The notes beneath the pieces were generated by a model. The model was not told the origin of the DNA. It saw only the letters and a program-made list of their open reading frames with translations, and did not search any database. Below are positions 56,630 to 64,000 of a stretch of DNA of 64,000 bases, one piece after another. The translations under genes and the position numbers were made by a program. Position 1 is the first letter of the stretch. Each line of letters starts with the position of its first letter. This DNA comes from a virus, in IMG/VR virus record IMGVR_UViG_3300045999_008055; one strand, 5' to 3'.

Positions 56630-58828
56630 TTAGTTTTTGTCAATAAGATTTATGTAATTTAAAATCTTTGTTAGTTGTTGCTTGCTGTTGTAATGCCACC
56701 CATAAGTATGAGGGACAAATACATCTAGCAATTCATATCTGCCTTGAATATTCTTTAATAGAGTATCCAAATTATAACTTGGATTGACCATATCGAATTT
56801 AATTTCAATTTCGGCCAATTTTAAAAACTCAAGAGCTTCACCAACCTTCTTGAAGTTCGATTTTGCATAGAACATAACCGCACTTAAGTATTGAGCAAAC
56901 TCTGAATTTGTATTTTCAATAAGTTCGTGCAAACTTTTCTTGTGCATCTCTTGGACAAGATCAGCAAAGTTATTATCTTCTTTATTATGCTTATCCCAAT
57001 GATTCTTGTCTGTGATTTGCTGTGATAGTTTAGAATACTCCTTGCGGATTCCATCTTCAAGATGTTTCCAGAGGCTTGTAAGATTTTTATTTTTATTAAT
57101 AATCTTTTTCTTGGATTCAAAAGTTTTAGTTTTGATTCCATAAACTTCTGGAAGTTTCTCGCCAGTAAGTTCTTCATACTTCTCAAGAATATCTTTTAAA
57201 GTTCCATTTCTAAATTCGTGTTCTTTGCCTTGGGCTTGGAAGTTATTGATCTCTACATAGATAGCAGTATCATTAGCAAGATCAATAGTCATAGTCTCCC
57301 AATTAGCGGATTTTGTTCCCCAATTAGTAGCATCATTACGATTAAACTTAAAGATTTGAGAAGAATGTTTTGGATTCTTATTAACTACAACGCTAGTTCC
57401 AGAATTGATCTTCTGAATTGTAATCTTTTCGTAATCAGATAGATTCAAATAATTCTCATCAACAAGACCAAGTTCCTTGTTAAAGTCATCTTTAGTTGCT
57501 TGATCTGCGAATGTAAATACATAAGCACCATCAATCTTGTCTCCTAGTTCATTCCAGAGAGTAGCAAGACGATGAGTTACTCCCATCGCTGAACCAGTAT
57601 CATTGATTAGAATCTTGTGCGTCTTTTCGCAAAGAATCCTTTTAGCTTCATTCTCTGAATTTAATTTTGTGCTTCTGCGAGACTTCTGATAAAACTTTGA
57701 AGTCAATTTACCATTCTCGATCATCTTACCAATCTTATCATTGAAATCAATATGATTATCAGTAATAGTCTTGCTTTTCCAAGTTACCTTGTTGCTCAAA
57801 GCACTACGAACAATATAACCCAAACTACCATAAGTTCCAAAGACTTCATTATAAAGAGCTTTGGCATCATAGATGTTTGTTGAATCTTTAAATTGTTGAG
57901 AGATGCACTCTGCCATCTCTTTCTTAATCTTGCGAAACTTTTCTCTGATAGCTTTCCTAGTCTTTTCAGTATATTCTAGATTCTCACGGCTTGCAGTAAT
58001 ATCAAGTTCTCCAAGATCAAACTCAACTTCAAATCCTTGAGAGCAAATACCTTGCTCATCAGAATCTTCTTTGAATTGCACATCGCTAGTATCAATAGGA
58101 TAACCAACTCCCATAATAGCAACAGATTCTCTACCATAGCTAGAGGTATTATAATAAGCCCAACCATTACCTTTAAATACTGGTGTGCGATCATAGATTT
58201 CAGACAAATCTTCTTTTCTTGCACCTTTGATAACTGGTTTGTTCTTGAAATACTTAAACAAGTTTTTAGCAGTATATAAGAAAGTTTCAGTATCTTCTTC
58301 TTTGATTGGAACAGAAATTAATACACCAGTAGGCTCGGAAGATTTTTCTTCCTTGAGCTTTACAATCTTACCGATTTTAGTTTCATCAATAAAAGCATTG
58401 TAAGTAGTTTTCTTGCCATCGTGATAAGAAATTAAAACAAAGTTATCACCATAACTGAATGGTGCGAATTTACCAATTCCATAATATCCAATAGCAGAAT
58501 TACTATTGCGTTTCGTAGATTCACCATAATAGCAATAAAGATTCTTAATATCATCAGCAGAAAGACCATTACCAAAATCTCTGATAGTTAAAGTAGGGTC
58601 TAATTTTGTAGGAAGTTTAATCTCAATAGGACGCTTGCTCTTTGCTTCGATATTAGCGTCTTGTGCATTACAAGCGATCTCACGCAAAACTGCAAGAGGC
58701 TTATTGGAATACAACTGATTGCGAAGGATGTTAAAGATATAAGGAAGTCCAGATTGCTTGATTCCGAAACTTACGGACTCAAAACTATCGGACTCGACTA
58801 CATTGATGGGTTTTTCGATTAATTTCAT
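56630..58828 (-). CDS. rIIA: rIIA-like protein (GHKL ATPase N-terminus)
   Basis: LYSNKPLAVLREIACNAQDA..IRDFGNG..STKR.SN..IGYYGIG..DITASRE.LEY. Confidence 0.85.
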   Translation of the reverse strand: MKLIEKPINVVESDSFESVSFGIKQSGLPYIFNILRNQLYSNKPLAVLREIACNAQDANIEAKSKRPIEIKLPTKLDPTLTIRDFGNGLSADDIKNLYCYYGESTKRNSNSAIGYYGIGKFAPFSYGDNFVLISYHDGKKTTYNAFIDETKIGKIVKLKEEKSSEPTGVLISVPIKEEDTETFLYTAKNLFKYFKNKPVIKGARKEDLSEIYDRTPVFKGNGWAYYNTSSYGRESVAIMGVGYPIDTSDVQFKEDSDEQGICSQGFEVEFDLGELDITASRENLEYTEKTRKAIREKFRKIKKEMAECISQQFKDSTNIYDAKALYNEVFGTYGSLGYIVRSALSNKVTWKSKTITDNHIDFNDKIGKMIENGKLTSKFYQKSRRSTKLNSENEAKRILCEKTHKILINDTGSAMGVTHRLATLWNELGDKIDGAYVFTFADQATKDDFNKELGLVDENYLNLSDYEKITIQKINSGTSVVVNKNPKHSSQIFKFNRNDATNWGTKSANWETMTIDLANDTAIYVEINNFQAQGKEHEFRNGTLKDILEKYEELTGEKLPEVYGIKTKTFESKKKIINKNKNLTSLWKHLEDGIRKEYSKLSQQITDKNHWDKHNKEDNNFADLVQEMHKKSLHELIENTNSEFAQYLSAVMFYAKSNFKKVGEALEFLKLAEIEIKFDMVNPSYNLDTLLKNIQGRYELLDVFVPHTYGWHYNSKQQLTKILNYINLIDKN

Positions 58829-58965
58829 ATATTGAATTTAAATGAGTTTTAAATTAGCGTCAAGGTATTTCTACCAATGATGTATCGCATTTATAATCAG
58901 CACTATATTAGCGATTACGCCAAGAATAATTACAAAATATTCAAAGAATTTTTGGTTCATAAAAT

Positions 58966-60084
58966 TTATTCGTAGCTTTCTCTATCAATCGCTATTACAT
59001 AACCAAATCTAGGCACATCATCTGGTGTGTAATTGAAAAACTTTATGGTAGCTTTCTTGCCTACAAGTTTATTCTTATCTTTAAGTAGTTGAGCTAGATA
59101 AGTAAAATCGCCTTTAATATTGCTTTTAAAAGGTCTGCCGTGTTTATTTTTAAACACCATATAACCCGCAGTTCCTTTTCTATTACCTTCACCTTCAACG
59201 ACTTCTTGAATTATAAATTCCTCATCCATAAAATCTTTTCTTTTAAGAAGATTTTTGCTACGCTTATTTTCATAAGCAAGATTTAATCTAACCATTTGAC
59301 CTTCATAGCCTTGTTCCATATACATTTCATATGCTTCGTCAAGTTCTTGTTGTTTGCTAATTTTTAAAGTAGTCACAACTTTGATCTTTTTATACTGATT
59401 ACTCTTTTTAAGAGCGTCTAATACAAGTTCGTATCTTTCATAGAAAGAATCGTTTGCGGAAATCATACCAATTTTAGGTGCATCATAAACCCAATACTCG
59501 ATAGTTTCTGCACTTTCTTCCAGTTCTTCCTCGGTAGGCTTTGTCCTTTTTACAAGTGAGCAAATCTTATTAAAATCATTTGCTAATTTATCACAATATA
59601 ATTCACCATCAAGAATAGCGTTAGGATATTTCTTAAAAAATCCTTCTAGATTTTCTCGGATATGAGGAGCAGAGATAATCTTTTTACCATTACGAGAGAA
59701 CATACCATCTTTAGTTGTGATGCAACGAATACCATCTAATTTGGGTTGAGAATATACAGGAAAATTAATATCATAATCCTCATACTTATGAGCCAACATT
59801 GGTTCAAAGTATTGAGTTTTATTAATATCTTTAATAGATTCAAAATAACCAGATTCCAATTTCTTTTTACGCTTCGCTTCTGCTTCTTTAATTGCTTGTT
59901 CTTCTGGAGTAGTAGCGTTTGCTCTACCAGCATTTTTTACATCACAATCTGTCCACTCATTAACTATTTTATTATCACTATCTGTATGACCAGAAATCGT
60001 GCGGTATTGATTTCCTTTGACTTCGATAGTCCACTCTTGGACTTTACCAGTCTTTGTCTTTTTATAAATTGTAGGTAGCTTCAT
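58966..60084 (-). CDS. lig: ATP-dependent DNA ligase
   Basis: PMLA, QPKLDGIRC, LDGELY, GYEGQMVR, LLKRK, VPRF. Confidence 0.92.
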   Translation of the reverse strand: MKLPTIYKKTKTGKVQEWTIEVKGNQYRTISGHTDSDNKIVNEWTDCDVKNAGRANATTPEEQAIKEAEAKRKKKLESGYFESIKDINKTQYFEPMLAHKYEDYDINFPVYSQPKLDGIRCITTKDGMFSRNGKKIISAPHIRENLEGFFKKYPNAILDGELYCDKLANDFNKICSLVKRTKPTEEELEESAETIEYWVYDAPKIGMISANDSFYERYELVLDALKKSNQYKKIKVVTTLKISKQQELDEAYEMYMEQGYEGQMVRLNLAYENKRSKNLLKRKDFMDEEFIIQEVVEGEGNRKGTAGYMVFKNKHGRPFKSNIKGDFTYLAQLLKDKNKLVGKKATIKFFNYTPDDVPRFGYVIAIDRESYE

Positions 60085-60115
60085 AGTCTCAGTTTATACT
60101 GGACTAGCCAACTTG

Positions 60116-60304
60116 TCAAATTTTGTTTTTTTTTGATTTAGAAGGAGTTGCAACTTTGAGCAAACTCCAAGTGCCATCTTTATTATCGTGCCAATCAATC
60201 GTATCACCGATTTTCCATCCCATCTTTTTTAAAAGAGAATTTGGTAGTTCAATATATTGATAACCATTCTCCTCTTTTATTTCAAGAGTATGAGAGTTTT
60301 TCAT
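60116..60304 (-). CDS. AbrB/MazE-like DNA-binding protein
   Basis: IELP..LL..MGWKIGDTI.W. Confidence 0.7.
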   Translation of the reverse strand: MKNSHTLEIKEENGYQYIELPNSLLKKMGWKIGDTIDWHDNKDGTWSLLKVATPSKSKKNKI

Positions 60305-60969
60305 CTAGGAGTTAATACTTTAACAATGAATCTAATACCACGCCAGTTAAGCCAATTAAGAGCATTGATTAATTTCGTGCAAAGTCTCGTTAGTCTCCAT
60401 CCAAGATTTTCTACAACACGCACATAATAATTAAAATAAAATTTATAAACTGGACAACGCATTTTCTTTTCGTGAAGCATAGTCTCTGCTTCCCACTTTA
60501 ATTGATTTTCAATTCTATCTTTACTAGAATATTTGTTATATTCTGGAAGAATTGTAAGAGTTTTTACCACGCCATCAACTACAACAGCTTTCCAATCTGG
60601 AAAGAAATCGGTGGCATCAATATTATCACCATTCACAACACACCCAAAAACAAAACTGCCAGTATAATCCTCACGAAACTTCTCATATTTTTTATCAACT
60701 ACCCACTTTTGATTATGAAGTGAAGGAAGTCTAATCCATCCGTTATATTTTTTATTATCTTCCTGTATTTCTTCTTTGGTCTTATCCTCGTAATGACCTT
60801 CGATTACTTCTTCATATAATTTATTATCTCTTAAAATATAAGTAGAAAGACAATTTTCTTCTATCTCTTTTGTCTGAAATTCCTCATCTCGCCAATTACG
60901 ATTTAGCGTCTTTAATGTAGCATCAAGAGGAAGTTCTTGCTCTACTCGGATATAATTAAATAGTCCCAT
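60301..60969 (-). CDS. Hypothetical protein
   Basis: MGLFNYI..EFQTK motif. Confidence 0.7.
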   Translation of the reverse strand: MGLFNYIRVEQELPLDATLKTLNRNWRDEEFQTKEIEENCLSTYILRDNKLYEEVIEGHYEDKTKEEIQEDNKKYNGWIRLPSLHNQKWVVDKKYEKFREDYTGSFVFGCVVNGDNIDATDFFPDWKAVVVDGVVKTLTILPEYNKYSSKDRIENQLKWEAETMLHEKKMRCPVYKFYFNYYVRVVENLGWRLTRLCTKLINALNWLNWRGIRFIVKVLTPR

Positions 60970-60983
60970 ATTGGTATTATATT

Positions 60984-61643
60984 CTAAATTTTTATTAAGT
61001 CAATATTATTTTTATTGTCTATTATAACAAAAGAAGCCCTTTCCTCGCAAAAACTACCAGTATTAATATATTTATCAGAGTATTCGGATATATGTGAATG
61101 ACCGCAAATTACTTTGTCATAGTTATTATTTTCTATATATTTCAAAGCATTTCTTTTCATATCAGAGCTTTTCTCTATAAAATTATTTGTCCTATTTTTA
61201 AATAAACGGAAGAAATCATCGGCAAATGGAGTATAATGTCGGAATATGTAATATAATTTTACAATAAAATTTGTTATATATTTAAACTTACTAAAGTAAA
61301 TATCAAAAATATCGCCGTGAACAACAAGAATCTTTTGATCTTTTAATTCCAAGATATATTCATCTTTACAATCAAATCCAAGAAGAATACTCATAAACTC
61401 TGCTTTAAGAAAACAATGATTACCAATAAGGTAGATAACCTTTTGTTTTTTAGATAGTTTCCTTAATTTAGATAACACTTTCCAATGATTACCTTTTAAA
61501 CGATTTAAGTTGTAATGGTCAAAAAGATCGCCAGCTATAATAATTGTTTTTGCTTTATGTTTCTTTAAAACTTTTAATAGGATTTCGGCTTTACAATCTT
61601 TATCTCCAAGATGAATGTCAGAGATTATGAGATATTTATTCAT
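60984..61643 (-). CDS. Calcineurin-like metallophosphoesterase (LpxH-like)
   Basis: SDIHLG, GDLFD, GNH, HGD, CGHSH, NTGSF. Confidence 0.85.
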   Translation of the reverse strand: MNKYLIISDIHLGDKDCKAEILLKVLKKHKAKTIIIAGDLFDHYNLNRLKGNHWKVLSKLRKLSKKQKVIYLIGNHCFLKAEFMSILLGFDCKDEYILELKDQKILVVHGDIFDIYFSKFKYITNFIVKLYYIFRHYTPFADDFFRLFKNRTNNFIEKSSDMKRNALKYIENNNYDKVICGHSHISEYSDKYINTGSFCEERASFVIIDNKNNIDLIKI

Positions 61644-62536
61644 AGACTAGCGAAAGATTTTTCTTTCATTTTTAATTCAAAATCTACATCTACATTTAAT
61701 CCGTATGAATCTGGTATGCGAGTTGCATAGTCAGCGTGTTTGCGTGGATTCTTATGTCCTTCAATGCTTTCTGAATAATGAAACAATGGAGTAGTATTCC
61801 AAGTAGAATAAGCTAACTCAAACGCTTGCTTCTCGGTTAATCCATCTGGATGACACTTGTGATGAAGATAATCAAAAGTAATTGGTATAGCTGTGACAGA
61901 ATGAAAATGTCTCATAAGTTTCTTGATAGACCAGCAGGAATCTTTGTCATCGTTTTCTATAACTAATCTGGTCTTAACATCCTCTGATAGCTTATCAAAG
62001 TTGCTCATAAATTTCTTGACTATGCTATTTAGATCACCCTTGGAATTATGTATGTGCATATTCATAGGCGAGTTATAGTTTAGTGGACAACCAATTTGCG
62101 TCATAAACCAACCATAGAAATTTAATTCTTTGATTGTTTTATCTACGGCATTTTGATTGTCACTAGCGAGAACATTAAATTCAGAGGGATGACAAGAAAC
62201 TCTTACATTGGTAGATTGAATTAGAGATTTGATATTATTGAATTGATCTAGTATTAGATTATAGTCTGGTAAATCTTGTAATGATACATTCGCCTTGTCA
62301 TAAGTAATAAGAGGAAATAAATCAGAAGATAATCTATATGTATGTTTGTTGTCTGCACAATATTTGATAGCGTGATATGTGACATCCATATTGTTAAGAA
62401 TACGAGAGGATAACTCTTTCAATGCTTCTTCTCTAGGAAGTTGAGAGAATCTTTTATATGTCATCGTCTTAAACTTCTTTGGAACATCTTGTTCCTCTAG
62501 AGCTAAGACAATACAGCATACTCCTTTTCGATTCAT
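61640..62536 (-). CDS. uvsE: UV-damage endonuclease
   Basis: YRLSSDLFP, SCHPSEF, LVIENDD, FDYLHH, FHYSES, HADY, ELKMKE. Confidence 0.92.
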   Translation of the reverse strand: MNRKGVCCIVLALEEQDVPKKFKTMTYKRFSQLPREEALKELSSRILNNMDVTYHAIKYCADNKHTYRLSSDLFPLITYDKANVSLQDLPDYNLILDQFNNIKSLIQSTNVRVSCHPSEFNVLASDNQNAVDKTIKELNFYGWFMTQIGCPLNYNSPMNMHIHNSKGDLNSIVKKFMSNFDKLSEDVKTRLVIENDDKDSCWSIKKLMRHFHSVTAIPITFDYLHHKCHPDGLTEKQAFELAYSTWNTTPLFHYSESIEGHKNPRKHADYATRIPDSYGLNVDVDFELKMKEKSFASL

Positions 62537-62862
62537 ACTCTGATATTACTCTACCCTATGAATATAGTCAAGAGAGTAAAAATTATCTGTAAATATATGT
62601 AGATGAGCCGTTTTGTTTTTTTAATTCTTTTTTAATCAACGACTTTTGATTATCTTCTGACCATTTTATACTATCATAGTTATTTTTAAACCTATTAGAG
62701 AAACAATTTCTTGGCTTGTCGCCTTTTCCAGCTCCATTATTTGCAGTTTTTTCGTTCATATTTGGCGTTTTTTAGTTCGTAAATCGAATATTTTTATTAT
62801 ACATCAAAATTAACTTATTTGCAAAAATTTTATTCGTATTTGGCATTTTTTAGTTAGCAAAT

Positions 62863-63075
62863 CTAATCTTCGACTGGTATAAAATTAACTAATGCATCAT
62901 TTCCATATACTTTGAATGATTTTAACTTATATCTTTTTCTTTCAAGCATATTTTTTAATTCATTAATATATTCACTTTTCATATAAACTACAACTGTTTC
63001 GCCATCGTCTATATCTACTCCGTATTCATCTGCAAACTCCGAACAAATAGCTAATGCCTCATTTTGATTGTCCAT
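62863..63075 (-). CDS. Hypothetical protein
   Basis: GTGTAA upstream. Confidence 0.65.
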   Translation of the reverse strand: MDNQNEALAICSEFADEYGVDIDDGETVVVYMKSEYINELKNMLERKRYKLKSFKVYGNDALVNFIPVED

Positions 63076-63129
63076 AATATGGATTACACCTTATATATTT
63101 GGCATTTTCTTATTAGTAAATTGAAAATT

Positions 63130-63217
63130 TGGAACGAGTAGGATTCGAACCTACGGATGATATTGAACCATCGGAAGTTTAGTAAACTTCTGCTTTAGAC
63201 CACTCAGCCATCGTTCC
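63130..63217 (-). tRNA. tRNA-Ser(ACT), class II
   Basis: GAAGT-TT ACT AA-ACTTC; long variable arm; GGA acceptor start. Confidence 0.85.
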
Positions 63218-63219
63218 TA

Positions 63220-63834
63220 TTATTTTAACCATACAGATGTAGGATTATAAGTTTCTGTATCAAGATAATCCCACACTTTCCAATCTTTATTTCCCTTACA
63301 ATATTCTATAATATTCCAAAGAAATGCGTGAAGATCTTCAATATGCCAAACATCATCAAGCAACTTCTTTCCTAGATATCTTGATTGATGAGCCACATGA
63401 TCTGCGTAACTATATGCAAAAGCAGAGAAAGGTGGTAATACGCATCCCATAGAGCAAAGTACTCCTTGCATACGAGATGCAACTTCTTTGCCTCCAACAG
63501 AATGCATCGTAACTATAACTCCCGCTGGTTTGCCTAGAAGATGTTTTTTTCCTTCAATCTCTGTCATCTTTTCGAAAAGTTGTTGCATATTTGAACCCCA
63601 ACTATCCCAATATGTTCCCGTACAAAAAATTAAGGCATCGCTTTCTTTAATGATATGTCGTACTTTAGGCCAGTAGAAATCTTTATGGAGATGAACTATT
63701 TTTATTTTTATATTTGAATCAATACGATTAATTTTTTTCCTTATTTTCTTAATAAGAGAGCCAGTATTACCATTCTTACCACCAATAGCTCCGTTAATTA
63801 TGGTGAGAGTTTTTTTCTTTTCTGGCGAGTTCAT
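63220..63834 (-). CDS. NADPH-dependent FMN reductase/flavodoxin-like protein
   Basis: IINGA..GNT..SDALIFCTGTYW..GKPAGVIVT..GG. Confidence 0.75.
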   Translation of the reverse strand: MNSPEKKKTLTIINGAIGGKNGNTGSLIKKIRKKINRIDSNIKIKIVHLHKDFYWPKVRHIIKESDALIFCTGTYWDSWGSNMQQLFEKMTEIEGKKHLLGKPAGVIVTMHSVGGKEVASRMQGVLCSMGCVLPPFSAFAYSYADHVAHQSRYLGKKLLDDVWHIEDLHAFLWNIIEYCKGNKDWKVWDYLDTETYNPTSVWLK

Positions 63835-64000
63835 CTATATAGTCCTTTATTATATTATATAATCTAGACTCCTCTGGATTTGCTTCTCTTTCTACCTCAT
63901 CAAAATTATAGAATACATATTCTTTTAATTGATGGTGTTTGAATCGATGTATTCCTTTTTTGTCATCTCCATAAACATATATATATCTAAATGGTAGAGG
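63794..64000 (-). CDS. Hypothetical protein, 5' end outside the window
   Basis: Open frame from the window end to TAA at 63794. Confidence 0.55.
   Translation of the reverse strand, partial: PLPFRYIYVYGDDKKGIHRFKHHQLKEYVFYNFDEVEREANPEESRLYNIIKDYIDELARKEKNSHHN

Noticed and set aside
60116-60304. Toxin-antitoxin module
   Set aside because: AbrB-like gene has no recognisable toxin neighbour; such solo genes are common in phages.
62634-62652. AATCAACGACTTT resembling a half palindrome
   Set aside because: Single half-site inside a small ORF, with no partner arm or 48-bp mate.
1630-63676. Numerous antisense/shadow ORFs in the track (e.g. 1630, 2809, 6631, 13400, 23711, 33643, 59746)
   Set aside because: They lie opposite or within longer, motif-bearing genes and lack start signals.
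1-64000. Stop-codon reassignment or diversity-generating retroelement
   Set aside because: Long genes are intact in code 11 with TAA, TAG and TGA all used as stops; no suppressor tRNA, reverse transcriptase or TR/VR pair seen.

Overview
A 64 kb, mostly AT-rich segment of a large tailed dsDNA phage genome (standard genetic code), with three zones. (1) 1-23.3 kb, almost all minus strand: the late module, comprising tail-fibre-like genes, major capsid, prohead protease/scaffold, a lysis cassette, portal, large terminase, ERCC4 nuclease, a phage sigma factor and PhoH. Many of these genes are preceded by a GTGTAA motif. (2) 23.6-34.6 kb: a more GC-rich early/host-takeover zone of small genes (ArdC-like, DUF932-like, gp88-like, SleB-like, two paralog families) and six tRNAs. 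It is cut into roughly 1 kb blocks by nine copies of a 75-bp element: two 27-bp palindromes with centres 48 bp apart (49 in one copy), flanking a GC-rich spacer. Two solitary palindromes also occur. This array is the best candidate for an undescribed system. (3) 34.6-64 kb, minus strand: many small hypothetical genes plus repair/recombination and accessory enzymes (RuvB-like, rIIA/rIIB-like, DNA ligase, UvsE, HhH glycosylase, MazG, deaminase, sulfotransferase) and two more tRNAs. Other signals: a pervasive leaderless sigma70-type promoter layout (TTGACA 34-35 nt before ATG), three structured ncRNA candidates, and atypical tRNAs (UAU anticodon with a long variable arm; Ser ACU). All family names come from motif recognition by eye and need HMM confirmation.
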